Source of the DNA: Diplonema japonicum
Lineage: Eukaryota > Protista > Euglenozoa: Diplonemea
NCBI GenBank assembly: GCA_964019335.1
Contig: OZ025694.1
Coordinates: 434,001-498,000 of the forward strand
Direction: 5' to 3'
Length of the DNA stretch: 64,000 nt
Part shown: piece by piece, positions 33,378 through 45,678 of the stretch
Numbering within the stretch: the first letter of the stretch is position 1
Layout of the letters: the number at the start of each line of letters is the position of its first letter
Notes under the pieces: generated by a model
The model's input: the letters and a program-made list of their open reading frames with translations, nothing else
Told to the model about the DNA's origin: nothing
Databases searched by the model: none
Made by a program: the position numbers and the translations under genes

Positions 33378-34808
33378 ATGTCTGAAGAAGCTAAAGATAA
33401 GGGTGTCGGCTGGGTGGCAAGCTTCATGCTGATCGTGAACAACGTAACGGGACCGGGGCTTGTCGTGATGCCGCTGGTGTTCGCGGGCGGCGGGTGGGTT
33501 GCAGGGGGTGCGGGGTTGGCCATATGCCTCCTAGTCAGCGTGGTGTGCGGCATGATGCTATTAGAAGCCGTACGGGCATACCCTGGGAACAAAGACTTTT
33601 CCCGAAACATCGAGATCACAAACCTACTGGAAGACCTAACAACAGGATGGTGCTACTACTCAATGACCGCCGTCCTCATCATGTCCTTCCACATCAACCT
33701 GATCGCGTCCATCATCGAGTCCAGCCAGACCATGGACAGTATGCTGGGCAGAATTACAGGCTACTCCTGCGCCATCATCCTACCAGTCAACATGGGAAAT
33801 CACACTTATGAACCATTTGCATGCCAGCATCCTGACGGGTCAGCGGACTCCCCATTCGGGTCAGAATACGTAATCAGCCTTGGCTATGGAATCAATATGT
33901 TGCTGACTGTTCCGTTGTCAAGGTGGGATATTGATGGGAACACGTTTGTTCAGAACGCGTGTTTTGCTGCGATGTGCTTGATCCTTCTTATATGGTGTGT
34001 TGAAGGGGTCTTCGTGTCGGGGATGGGACAGTCCATTCCGGCAGTGGGCAGTGAGGTGTCCATTGTACCGGGCACCGTTTTGTTCAATTTTGCGTTTGTG
34101 ACAACGCTTCCAAGCTGGTGCAGCGAGAAGCATCCTTCCGTTAAGGTACCTGTTGTACTGTGGAACGCGACACTCTTTGCCACGTTTCTCTTCCTTCTCA
34201 TTGGTGTCGTCCCAGCACTTGTTTGGGAGTTTACGGATACCGACCTCCTCACGGTGCTCACCAAGACAGAGAGTGTCAGTATTGTTTCAAAAGCCTGCGC
34301 GTATTTATTTCCCATCATCACTGTGGTGTCGTCGATACCTATTTTTAGCATTGTTATTCGGAACAATCTTTCCAACGGGATTTACCCCCCGCAGTCGTAT
34401 TGGCCCACCTTTTGGGGCATCGCCTTTCCTTGGATCCTTGCGGTGCCCTTGTACTCAGGGAGCATGTTGGAGGTGATTGCCGACTGGGCCGGGGTGCTGA
34501 CCACCATCCCGTTGAACTTCATTCTGCCTGCTTACTGTTACTTGAGGATTATACGGGATGCGGATTGTGCTGCTGATCGGCAGCTTGATGGGGAGGAGTT
34601 GCTTAATTTGGATGACAGTGATGAGGACGATCGTGATGGTGTTGTTGTCGATGATGAGGAGCATGGAGACAGGCCTGCCCCTATGTGGGCACGTGTGTTT
34701 AGGACCCAGGAATCGGCGGTGAGAGCAATATGGGCCTTTATCGCCATCTGTGTCGGGTGCAATGTTGCGGTGCTTAGCTCGAAGGTTGTTGCTGCCGCAA
34801 GGGGATAA
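33378..34808 (+). CDS. Amino acid transporter (Aa_trans/AAAP family)
   Basis: 476 aa with about 11 hydrophobic segments. LIVNNVTGPGLVVMPLVFAGGGW matches the TM1 motif, and FNFAFVTTLPSW the TM6 motif. Confidence 0.85.
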   Translation: MSEEAKDKGVGWVASFMLIVNNVTGPGLVVMPLVFAGGGWVAGGAGLAICLLVSVVCGMMLLEAVRAYPGNKDFSRNIEITNLLEDLTTGWCYYSMTAVLIMSFHINLIASIIESSQTMDSMLGRITGYSCAIILPVNMGNHTYEPFACQHPDGSADSPFGSEYVISLGYGINMLLTVPLSRWDIDGNTFVQNACFAAMCLILLIWCVEGVFVSGMGQSIPAVGSEVSIVPGTVLFNFAFVTTLPSWCSEKHPSVKVPVVLWNATLFATFLFLLIGVVPALVWEFTDTDLLTVLTKTESVSIVSKACAYLFPIITVVSSIPIFSIVIRNNLSNGIYPPQSYWPTFWGIAFPWILAVPLYSGSMLEVIADWAGVLTTIPLNFILPAYCYLRIIRDADCAADRQLDGEELLNLDDSDEDDRDGVVVDDEEHGDRPAPMWARVFRTQESAVRAIWAFIAICVGCNVAVLSSKVVAAARG

Positions 34809-35562
34809 AAAAAAAAAGAAACGAGAGAAACGACACACCTTACCTAATTTCTTTTAAGTTTATGCCACTAGGTGATCAATGGAGTACCTTTAAACCCCAT
34901 CTATCCCACCCCCTTACATAGGCATATGCCATGGGAAATGAAGGTGGGTCCTTTATTCTTTTCTTTTATATTTCTATGTTCCGTACTTCTGTTTTCTTCG
35001 TTTTTTTGGGGGGGGGACATGACAACTTTTTTTTTTCTCCTACCCTCCGCCTCTGGTGTGTATGTAGCCCTTCTCCTTTTCCCCTTTTCAAGGACTCGCC
35101 TCTTAAAGGCAGCCTTAAGCAACGTAATGTGGAAAAAGTGTTTTCTTTTTTCTTTTTTTTTTTGCCCCAGGTTATTGAGCACTGATTAACCATTGCTGGT
35201 AATAATTAGCCCACGACTATCGCGTCAAAAAAGAAAAGGGAGAAAAAAAAAAAAAAATACATCAAACAAAAAAAAAAAAGGTAAGAAAAACCCTCTCAAA
35301 AAAAAAAAAAAAAAAAAAGAGATCAGAGCCTGTAATAGACCCTTCTTGCTTCTACATACCTTGCTTTTGTGGCTTTCCCATCTCCTCCCCCCCACCGCCC
35401 CCCCCGCTCCCTTTTTTTTTGGTACACATTACTATTGTAGTTAGGAAAGGGGGAAAAAAAAAAGCCCAAAATCTTTGGCTTCGTTCGCATTTCGTGAGGT
35501 AACGATATGGCGTTGAGAACAGAGAAATACAAAAAGTTTTTCCACCCCCCCCCTTTTTATTT

Positions 35563-35689
35563 GCATGAACAAGAAAAACAATATATTAATAATAAATTGT
35601 TACTGCTAAAAAGAGTAGTGGTAGCATTGTTGGGCTTATCCTTCTACAGGTTAACCCCCGGCTGTGCACAAACAACAATCAACCGACTC
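35563..35689 (+). repeat. Dispersed ~130-bp repeat, subfamily 2 (most complete copy)
   Basis: Ends aacaacaatcaaccgactc followed by a T-run. Confidence 0.85.
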
Positions 35690-36862
35690 TTTTTTTTTCC
35701 TTTGAACACAAAAGCCGAGGAGCAAGGGAAGGGTTATTCTTCACATGACACTCGTGTGACAGGATAGAACACACCTTGGCTAAGAACTCCCTTTAAGAGA
35801 AAGGAGAATACAAAAAGAGAAGAAACTGTGACAATACCCCCCTTTCTTCAAGGGAACATGGAGCACTGGATTTTTTACCTAGCGTAATGAGCTATTTTTA
35901 TTAGGAAAGATTCCGCTCGTATGCACAAACAAATAAGGCCGCAAACTAGTTTTTCTCTTTTGTTTACCCCCCCCCCCCCCCACGACTTGATATACCTGTG
36001 ACACTGATTTCCTTTCGGTATCACTTTAGACCTGTGGGTTTATTTAAAGGTTTTTGCAAACCCTTCAGTCTCCTTTCATATTTCTTTTTTTTTTGGGAGG
36101 GGATTTTGCCCTTAAACATCGCCTCCCCCTTCGAACACCCCCTTTGCAGCATAGTTTTATTAAAAAAGTGAAGAAAAAGAAGAAAAAAAAAAAAAAAAAG
36201 CATAAAAAGTTCCGCCCTTTCCCTTTCTTTTCTGCGTTTTTCTATCTCACTTCCTCTTTTTTTCTCTTTTTTTTTTTTTTTGGTTTATAACCAACAGCGT
36301 TTTGCAAAATGAAAACACTTTAACGCCCGGCCCCGGTGAAACCATAAACATGGGGGTGCACTGGTTTCTGTTTTTTTTTTCCAAGGGCTCTTAGCCAGCC
36401 GTTTCGCCCCAAGACAGTATGCAGAATCCTGTAAATGTTGCGTAACACAGAATTGGAGGTCATTTCCTGGTGTTTGAAAACCTTCGAGCCTGGGGCTATA
36501 CTCTTATCTCGCTCATACGCCAGGCGGTTTATGAAGCAGCCAGTTACTTTTTCTTTTACCCGATACATACACACCATGCAAAACCACTCTCCCTTTTTCT
36601 TACTTCTCACACTGTTTTTGCCCCCCTCTCCTTTTTTTTTTCCCCCTGAACTGCGGCAGCAGTGTGAGGGAATGTTGAATCGCCTCGAGAACAAAAAAGT
36701 CGAGGGTAAGAACAAACAAAGAACACACCTATGGTACAAAAAAAGAGCAAAAAAAGCTGGGGGGGAGGGGAACAACTCTTTCGCCCCCCTTTTTTTTTCA
36801 TGCACAAAGACCCACTTTTTTTTTTAAAAACCACTGACTTTTCATATAAACAACAATAGGCA

Positions 36863-38417
36863 ATGGGCGGAGAGGGTGCTTATGGTGCCCTGAGGAATGA
36901 CTCTGACACTGAGGGCAGTCTCACTGATGATAAAAAAGAGTTTGCGGCTGTCGGGTGGAGGCACGAAGGTGCTAATGTTGCAAGGCTTGGGAGCAGCGTC
37001 GCAGCTATTCAGTTCGGCAGAGTGATGACGCTGCTGACAGATGTAGCGATGCTGGGCCACCTCGGCTCCGAGTACCTCGCTGCAGCTGCAACAGGAAACA
37101 TCTGGATGAACATCACCATGTTTGTGGTGTGGCGCAGCCTTGCCACTGTCCTCCGCAATTTAACCTCCGCTGCCATAGGCGCTGATAACCCGAAACAGGC
37201 GGGCGTTTGGCTCCAAGTTGCCCTCTTCATAGGTGCGTGTCTCATGGCCATCATCGCTTCCCTGTGGGCTGCTTCTGAATCCATCTTCGAACACATTTTC
37301 CGAATGAACTCCCCTGACAGCCACCGTGCTGCGCTCTTCGTGCGGTACAGCTCCCTCTGGCTTCCCCCTCAGATCATCTTTCTTATCGTAAACAACTTCT
37401 TCCAGTCCATGCAGATCGTGAAGCCTGCCATCGTAGTCACGTACATCTTCCTCCCTGTGAACGCTGCCCTGAACCTCTTCCTCATCTGGGGCCTTCCGGG
37501 TACTTCGTGGGACGGGCTGGGCTTCATCGGCGGCCCACTTGCAACCACCATCACCCGGTGGTTGCAGTGCTCTTGGTATTTTCTTTTTCTAATAATAAAT
37601 CAAAACATTTAAGAAAACTCACAGCTTCCTGATATACATGTTGTGGTACAGAAAAGCGCACGAGCAAGTGTGGGGTGGGTGGAGCATGGAGTGTTTCTCA
37701 AGTGCGAGGCTGGGGCGGTTTTTAAAGCTGGGCGCGCCGCTGGCTCTGTCCGGGCTGTTCGAAGAGGCGCAGCTACAGACCATCGCCATCATGGCAGTGC
37801 ACATGGGGAGCGAGCAGATCGCAGCACACGCAACAGTGCTCAACATCTTCATCTGCCTGACAGCCTTCGTGATGGGGCTACGTGCAGCTGTGAACATCAG
37901 GATCAGCCACTACTTCGGGAAGGGCGATGCCGTCAACGCGAAGATGGTCGCAAAGCTCGGGCTGACAGCTGCAGTCGGGATAGGGACCTTCATCATGGCA
38001 GTGTCCCTCGCCACAAGGAGCCAGGTCGGGAAACTCTTCACCAACGACACAGTGGTCCAGAACTACGTGAAGGACCTCATGCTGCTCATGTCCTTCTCCT
38101 ACGTCTTCATGGGCATCTTCTTGGTTGTCACCATCATCTTGATGTCCGCCCATAAAACAGGTCTTGTTGCTGTCATCTTCTTGACAGGCGCTTGGTTCGT
38201 TGGCATCCCCATGGCTTACGTGTTTGGCTTCGTGCTGGACCATGGCGTCAAAGGGCTGTGGGAGGGGCTCATCATGGGGTACACAACGATGCTTGCAGTT
38301 GGGTCCTACTTCGCCTTGCGGATCGACTACGAGAAGACGGCTGCTATGGTGCACGAGATTGCTCGGTCTAAGGTGGGCCTGCGGTCTCATGTGAATGTCA
38401 ACCAGGAGGATGAGTGA
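36863..38417 (+). CDS. MATE-family multidrug/toxin efflux transporter; exons 36863-37575 and 37625-38417
   Basis: Motifs DVAMLGHLGSEYLAAA, GLGFIGGPLAT, IAAHA and GVKGLWEGL. Removing the GT..AG intron 37576-37624 joins the two ORFs in frame. Confidence 0.9.
37576..37624 (+). other. 49-nt GT-AG intron
   Basis: gtattt...aaactcacag. AT-rich, contains the stop of the upstream ORF, and phase 2 restores the frame. Confidence 0.85.
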
Positions 38418-38625
38418 TCTTCGATTGTATCTAGCTCTTCACTTTTTGTGTTCCCATCTCATAAGATGGATCTGTGCGCAGAAGTCCCCCCACCCCACCC
38501 CACCCCCTAATTTCCCTCTTCTTTCGCTGCTACGATCTTTTTGTTTGCCTAAACTATTGGGAGAAAAAGAGGGAAGAGAGGTCAGTCCCTCTTTTTCTCT
38601 CTCTCCTTGTTTGCAATAATATTAT

Positions 38626-40407
38626 CCCCTAAACGCCCGCGCGGACGTTTTTGTCCTTATTTCAAAATTTGCTTTTTCGCTAAGTACTTTTTTTTGAACA
38701 CGGCCCCTGGACTTCAAAATATGGCATTGTTGCGCGGTTTATTTTGTCTTGGAACTACATTTTGCGTTAAAAGTTTTGTTTTAATTGAAACCGGCAGGGT
38801 TGGCTTAAAATGAAATCAGATGGTCAAAATAGCAGCGAAAACGTGAGTCTCCCCCGACTGGTCAGAAAAAGAAGAAAAAGACGATGAGGCGGTCAAAGAG
38901 GGGCCGGAAACGATGCTTGGGTGGGAGAAATACTCCCAAAGGCCCGAAACATATCATTTCCGTAAAAAGGTGGGCTTGGGACACCTCTAGGTGAAGCGGC
39001 CAATGAGGAGGGTGTTTTTAATCTTTTTTTTTACACACGCGGTACTTGAGCTCATAGTTTCTTCCACGAACGGTCGTTTCGGTTCAAAAAAACAGCGGAA
39101 TCTGAATCTTTCCATCCCAGAGTACAAAATTTGGCTTGGGTTGGTCCTGTTAGTGGGTTTACGCTCGGCACCGAACATGAAGAGCTACTGGACAACAAAT
39201 TCTAATTTAACCATCCCGGCTTTTGAGAAAATGAGGAAACCGATTCGTTGACATACAGCGCTACCTCACCTTTGACAACCTGGAAAGCATTTGGAAGGCC
39301 TGAAACTGCACCTCATGCGCAGGTTTCTTGACATCATTGTCAACCGGTGTAGGACTGTGCGGACCCCTGGCAAGTGGTTGTCTGTTGACGACAGTGTTAT
39401 CCCGACAACAATAAAAGTCATGGCACCACGAAAAAGCAACTCGGTGGGCATCAAGGTAATGCGACTCATAAAACTGTTACCTGGCGAATGAATTTCAACA
39501 TTTTCAGCAAGAAGTCCACAACACAGGACCTAGTCATGCGAACTGTCGACTCCTAAGGGTTTGCTGTCGACCCCTGACCTGCAAGACCAGCTCCAGGGGA
39601 CTGGAGTTCGGCATATGAAAACCCGGAAGTGGACCATGGTCGTTTTTTATTGGGTCCTGGAAAGCTGTGTTGCCAACCCCTCCATAATCTGGAAGAAGAG
39701 CAGGGAATGTGGCAAAAATTATGGCTTCCCGAGCTTCAAAGAAGAACTTGTTGGCAAGCTTCTCACCCATGCCCCAAAAACCGATAGCACACACCCCCCG
39801 ACAACACCGTCACCGACCCCCAAGCGCAAACACGCTAGCAATGAGGATTCCCTCACTCAGAAATGCCCAAAACGTCTCGATTTGACCCTAAATCACACCT
39901 CCGAGACCATGATGAACGGAACGAAGGTGAGGAGGGTGCTCTATGCTGTTCCTGGGTACGGGAAGAAGGTGCAAACGTGGTGCCCCTGTTGCAAAACCCC
40001 CTTATGCAAAACGTGTTTTTTACGCTTGCATGCTACCCCAGCTGGAAAAAAAACTCGCAAGTTGCTTTTTTCATCCCACAGCCCCAAAAAGTCTCCAGAC
40101 TGACCTCAATCCTAGAGTTCAGGGCACCAAATAGGGCTGAATGCTGCCCTATTTACCCCAGCCATAACTCCACGGACCCCCCACGACAAGACCCCCCAAA
40201 ATCGGACATAAAAAGTACACCTTCAACCCCCCTCTTACACACATAGTTAAGTGTTCTCATCTGAATCTGGCACCTGGAATTGAAAATTTTAGTACCGTTT
40301 ACCCTTCCCTTGCACCTTCCTATGGTTGCATGCTGCCCTTTTTTTGAGTATTTAAAGCAACAACGAAAATGGGGGGGTACCGTAGGTAGGCTCCGGGCGT
40401 TTAGGGG
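38626..40407 (+). mobile_element. Decayed, internally deleted piggyBac-superfamily transposon
   Basis: Perfect 14-bp TIRs CCCCTAAACGCCCG / CGGGCGTTTAGGGG with TTAT on both sides. Transposase remnants FFTHAVLELIVSSTN, PGKWLSVDDSVIP and KTRKWTMVVFYWVLE, plus the C-terminal Cys-rich WCPCCKTPLCKTCFLRLH, lie in several frames. Confidence 0.9.
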
Positions 40408-41362
40408 TTATTCTTTTTTTTTAAAGATAGAAGAACCCTCTGTCAGCGCAGCTTTGCAGTTCCATTTGGGATGACGCCAGTGCGTAGAACAGATTTTCTC
40501 TCGCCTGTGAAAACTTCCAGTGCTTTTTTTTTTGAGCCGAGATCTTCGAGCCGATGCGCAATTAGTAAACAGATGAAGGCGAGGGACGGGCCAAGTGATG
40601 GCTGTATCGATAGTTTTCTTCCTTTTTTTTAAATAAACTTTTTTTAAAAATGGTTTTAGCTTTTTTCTTTTTTTCCTGCCACATACCGCAGGTACCCTTA
40701 AATGTCTCTTTTTTTTTTTTTTTTTTTTTTTTGAAAAAAGCCTTCACTTTAAGTTATCCGACACAGTTCTTGTAGTGCCACTGCTTTTTGCTTTCAGCGC
40801 TTTTGCATTACTGGCTGGAAAGGAGAAATGAGCATTCGATTTTCTTTAGAGGGCTAAACTGGCTACCTTCTTAGCCCCCTTCTACCGTAGTTAACCTGTA
40901 GCCCAAACAACACCGCACTTATTTTACCCTTCGTCAAGTTAGTTCGGCCTTCAGTTGTTCAGACTTGTTACCTGACATCTGCCCATCTGACTTTCCAAGG
41001 TCGAATTCTACTTTTGACATCTTTTTGATTGTGCGCACGAGCGGAATTTTACCTCGTAAAATAGCTCCTTACGCTGCCATCAACTAGTTTTTAGTTTCGA
41101 CAATAATGTTGTTAAAGAAAAAGAAAAAAGTTGAAAATTAAGCGGAAGGTTTCTTCCACCCATGTCACATGTCATATTTAAGCCCCCCCCCCCCCCTGCT
41201 CCCCCAAAAAAAGAAAGAAAAAGGAGAGAGATGACGGCACTTATTTTATTACCCATTAAATATGTCAGGTTTTTATGACCATATTTTTTTTTTCTTTCTC
41301 CCAAAATTATACGAGGGGAAAAAAAAAGGAACCCCCCCCCCCCACACACACACACACACACG

Positions 41363-42076
41363 ATGCCTACCAGCATTGATAGCAACGAGGCAGGTGTAAC
41401 AGCGGTACATCCAACTGTGGTGAACAACAGCAATGAACCGGACATAGAAATGGACAAGCATGTGGATGGCGAGGGAGAGAAGCAAAATGGCATGCTATCC
41501 GTGGTAAGCTGGCGGGAGTACTTCCAAAGGTGGGCGGGGAATGAAGTGGGCCACCCGACCTGCAAGCCAGTCCTTGACAGACTGTGCGATGGCGTGCTGT
41601 CCGCTGTGGGCGCGTTCATCGGACTGGTGGCGGTGAGCAGCTTGCATTACAAATCTGAGCCCTTTGAAGGGAACATGTTCGTGGCGTCCTTCGGGGCAAG
41701 CGCTGTGCTCATCTACGCAGCCCCAGAGGCACCCTTGTCGCAGCCGTGGAACTTTGTATTCGGCCACCTCCTGGCAGCCTTCACAGGCGTCACCGTTCGT
41801 AATATTTTCGACAACGACGCAGACCTCTGGTACATTACGTCGCCGCTTGCGTGTGCTGCCGCCGTCTTCCTGCAACACCTCTTCCTTTGTGTGCACCCCC
41901 CTGGGGGTGCCACTGCCATGATCGCGAGCTCCCTCCCTATCACCACACGATGGAGCGGGTACTACTTCCTCGTCACACCAGTAGGCCTTGGTGTCGTCAT
42001 CCTCTCTGCCGTGGGGTTCCTTTTGAATAATATCTTCCGCCGGAGGCAGTATCCACATAAATGGGCTGCCTTTTGA
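41363..42076 (+). CDS. HPP-family membrane protein (putative nitrite/anion transporter), paralogue 1
   Basis: ASFGASAVLIYAAPEAPLSQPWN and HPPGGATA signatures. Confidence 0.9.
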   Translation: MPTSIDSNEAGVTAVHPTVVNNSNEPDIEMDKHVDGEGEKQNGMLSVVSWREYFQRWAGNEVGHPTCKPVLDRLCDGVLSAVGAFIGLVAVSSLHYKSEPFEGNMFVASFGASAVLIYAAPEAPLSQPWNFVFGHLLAAFTGVTVRNIFDNDADLWYITSPLACAAAVFLQHLFLCVHPPGGATAMIASSLPITTRWSGYYFLVTPVGLGVVILSAVGFLLNNIFRRRQYPHKWAAF

Positions 42077-42837
42077 GGACAATATAAGGGGGAAGGGATG
42101 GAAGAGCTGTTTTATTATGTGTGAATATAAGGCCTTTTTTTCTTTTTTTTTTTTAAGGTAAAGGTCTTACGGCTTTTCTAGGGGAGAGTTGTTGTGATGC
42201 TGTTGTGTCCCCTGGCCTTTGACGGCTGATGTTGTATTAGTGGCGTGCAAAGAAGGAAGAAGAAAAGAAAAGAGAAAAAAGAAAAAAGAAAAAAGAAAAA
42301 GGCGTTCAGAAAGAGAGAGAGAGAGGAAAAAAGAAAAGAGTAGTTTTTTTTAATAGTATTTTTAATAAACAATAATGCTGCTAATTGCCTGGTTTTGTTT
42401 TTTGTTTTTTTGTTTTTTTTTTTAATTTTGGACGACTGGAATGAAAAGGGAAAAGGCGTCATAATCTTCTATCAGATTCTGACGCCAGCGCTTCCCAAAT
42501 AAATGAAGAACGGAAGAAAAAAAGAATATGCTAATATTACGTTAATCGAAAGTGTTCCAAGCAAAAGAGAGGTCAAGTAAATGCACAAGAGGAGGAACAC
42601 CTTGGGATTCGCTTTTTCTCTCTTTTTTTAAAATTGCTTTTTCTTTTCTTTTTTCTTTTTTTTTCCACAACTGACTGCTATTTTATTTTGTTGTCCCCGC
42701 CCGCGAAGCAGAGAAGAAGAATTCAAATAGTTTTGGCCCCATATTTTAATATTATTTTTAAGAGAAAAGAAAAGTCACTTTCTCCTTTTCTTTTCTCACT
42801 TTTTCATTCTTTCTTTTTTTTTTTCTTTTTTTTTAAA

Positions 42838-43295
42838 CCACTAAGCCCACAGGCTAATAACCGAAAAAGTCAATTTCCTAAAGAATTCAGAAGAAATGGC
42901 AACATTTAACCATTCAAAGTGTTCTTTACATGGATCAGTGACCTCTGGAGACATTCAGGTTCTGAGCAGGCCTTTGACCTTTTGATTTTTGACTCAATAC
43001 CCTGTTTGGTTAAATACAAAAATGCACAAAAAATGCATAAAAACACTATTCTAGCCCAGATTTAGCTTGCGTTTCACACCTCTCTTGGCGTCCGGTGGCC
43101 TATCGGTGAGTTTCTGGTATTTGTCTGTGTTTCGGGCTCCGATGATCACAGTGAAGCCCCTTCAGGTGGAGTCGAGTATTCCTCACTTTTCCCCAGATTT
43201 TAGACCCTTCAAATTCTTAAAATAATGCTGAAAAGGGCAATTTATGGGTTCTTTTTTTTTCTAATATCATATATTTATGACAGGTGGGTTTAAGG
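42838..43295 (+). mobile_element. Probable non-autonomous DNA element (MITE)
   Basis: The left 120 bp match 2351-2478. Imperfect inverted end caggtgggtttaagg at 43281-43295. Confidence 0.45.
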
Positions 43296-43637
43296 AAAGA
43301 AGGGAAAAAGCACCAAGCTGGGGAGGAGGACGGCAAGACCTAGATGCAGGTAAAGGATGAGAACAAAGGGGCGTCTCACAAAGACCTCCTTTAACTCATA
43401 TATATGAGGTCTGTCCGGAAAGAAATGACAACAAATGACCCATTTACCGACACCGCTTTGTGCTCAGAATTGCGGTCTAAGTGTGTGCACCATATAGGTC
43501 ACAATGCGCGCCGTTAAATCCCCCCTTTTTTCGGTCCTCTGTTTCCTCCGGGGGCAACCGATTGCAAGGCCTGCCACCCTCATAGCAAAACAAGCATCGC
43601 AATTGAAAAGTCGGCAACAAAACACCATATATGTCAT

Positions 43638-43838
43638 CTTCCTATGGTTGCATGCTGCCCCCCTTTTTTTTTTTTGCTCATAATTAAAAAACAAAAGATT
43701 TTCGAAACTGCAAAAAAAGTATTGACATTTTTTTTTCTGTAAGAGCTCATATATATATTTCTTTTTTTTTCTTCTTCCATTTTCTAAGGTTTTTTTTTTT
43801 TTTTCCAAACAAGATTAAAAAGGGGGGCAACACCGTAG
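43638..43838. mobile_element. Small MITE-like element; related sequence at 40316-40386
   Basis: cttcctatggttgcatgctgccc is identical to 40316-40338. Imperfect inverted end ggggggcaacaccgtag. Confidence 0.4.
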
Positions 43839-43920
43839 TACGGGTTATAAACTTTCTTCAGGTTTCTACCCGGTGCGTACAAACAAAAAAGAAGCCTTTT
43901 TTTCTTTTTTCTTTTGTATT

Positions 43921-44028
43921 TAACAAGTACCGCTCAGTTTCTTGTAAGAGCAAAAAAAGAGTAGTGGTAGCATGCGGTATGCCCTAGAATTTATACCGTG
44001 TGCAAACACAAAAGCTAAAAACTAACTC
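43921..44028 (+). repeat. Diverged member of the dispersed ~130-bp repeat family
   Basis: Shares aacaag, aaaaagagtagtggtagcat and a terminal actc|T-run. Confidence 0.55.
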
Positions 44029-44462
44029 TTTTTTTTTTTTTCTTTTTTTTTTCCCTGTTTTTTTTTCTTCCCTCCCTTTTTTTCTCCTATGTTGGAGTCG
44101 TCTCTGGACAACGGTATAGTTTTGTATGCACCGACAATGGTTCCTTTCTTTTTTTTTTTTTCTCTTTCTTTTTCCCCCCTCCTCCCTCTTCACGTAGCTT
44201 GTCCCCGTAGTCAGCACCCAGTTTGTGGTTTTTATGACTTTCAGAGACCCTTCAGACGTCAGAAGCTATTTAATACTACAGGGAGTCTCAGGGAGTCTCA
44301 GGGTATCTCTACCTGGCAACGTGTGTAGAATGATGAAATGAAGGTCCGCAGGTTACATTACAATACGTTCCCCTTTTTTCGTTTTTCCTCAAGGAAGTTT
44401 AATATTCGCATTGTGGTCAGAATGCATACAACTCCGACAGATTATAGGGGAAAAGAAAGACT

Positions 44463-45678
44463 ATGTTGCTGCTTAGCCTGCTGGCCATGTGTGCCGCGTC
44501 GACCTCCCCTGACCCCGTGAGGGCCGCAGTGATGTCTGTCTTGGTCGCCCGTCTCTGGGACACCGTCATCAGTTCCTGTCTCGGTTCCACCGGCGTCCGG
44601 TTCGCCTGGCTCTAGGGTACCCGTCTCAACAGCACCTGCCTCGACCCCACCGAGCTCTTGGTCACCTGACTCCGGCACACCGTCGTCATCAGTTCCTGTT
44701 TCGGTCCCTCCCAGCTCTTGGTCACCTGTCTCTGGGACACCTTCATCTGCAGTACCTGTTTCGGTCCCTCCCAGCTCTTGGTCACCTGTCTCTGGGACAC
44801 CTTCATCTGCAGTACCTGTTTCGGTCACACCTACATCCGGATCACCCGACTCTAGGGCGCCGATCCCTCCGAACTCTGGAGCACCGTCATTAGCACCAGC
44901 TTCGACCCCTCCGAGCTCTTGGTCACCTGACTCTGGTGCACCGTCATCATCAGTTCCTGGTTCTGGGACACCTTCAACATCAGTTCCAATTTCTGTCCCA
45001 CCTACATCCGGAGCACCTTCATCAGTTCCTGTCTCGATTCCTCCCAGCTCATGGTCACCGAACTCTGGGGCACCTGTTTCGACTCCACCGACTCTTGGAC
45101 ACCTTCAACACCGGTTCCTGTCTCGGTTCCTCCAACATCCGAATCACCGAGCTCTGCGGCACCTTCATCAACACCGAGCTCTTGGTCACCTGACTCTAGG
45201 ACACCAACATCCGGGTCACCTGCTTCGACCCCTCCCAGCTCTTGGTCACCAGACTCTGGAGCACCGATCCCGCCGAGCTCTTGGTCACCTGACTCTGGGA
45301 CACCACCATCCGGGTCACCTGCTTCGACTCCTCCCAGCTCTTGGTCACCTGACTCCGGGGCACCGTCATCTTCAGTTCCTGTCCCTCCCAGCTCTTGGTC
45401 GCCTGTCTCTGGGGCACCGTCATCAGTTCCTGTCTCTGGTGTACCAGTGCCTACCTCTGGTCCTGCCCCCTCGCTGGGTGCCAAGTACTGGTGTGCCTTC
45501 ATCAGTTCCTCTCCCTCCTAGCGAAATTGCTGTTGTGGCTGCGTCTGTGTCAGGGCTGCTATTTGTTGGTGCAGTCGCCTTCACCGTCTACCGCAGGACA
45601 CGAGCCTTGCAGTACTACGCAGCCATCAGCCTGGAGCCAGGGACTCCCTACGATGAGATGGAGCAGGCACTGGAGTGA
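44463..45678 (+). pseudogene. Frameshifted Ser/Pro-rich (SWSPDSG-repeat) single-pass membrane protein gene
   Basis: Signal-like MLLLSLLAMCAA at 44463, SWSP(D/V)SG(T/A)PSS repeats, and TM IAVVAASVSGLLFVGAVAFTVY-RR lie in different frames. Confidence 0.65.

Noticed and set aside
40670-40732. Short match to 49720-49770 (cctgccacataccgcaggtacccttaaatgtctc plus T-run)
   Set aside because: A real repeat, but too short to classify or interpret.
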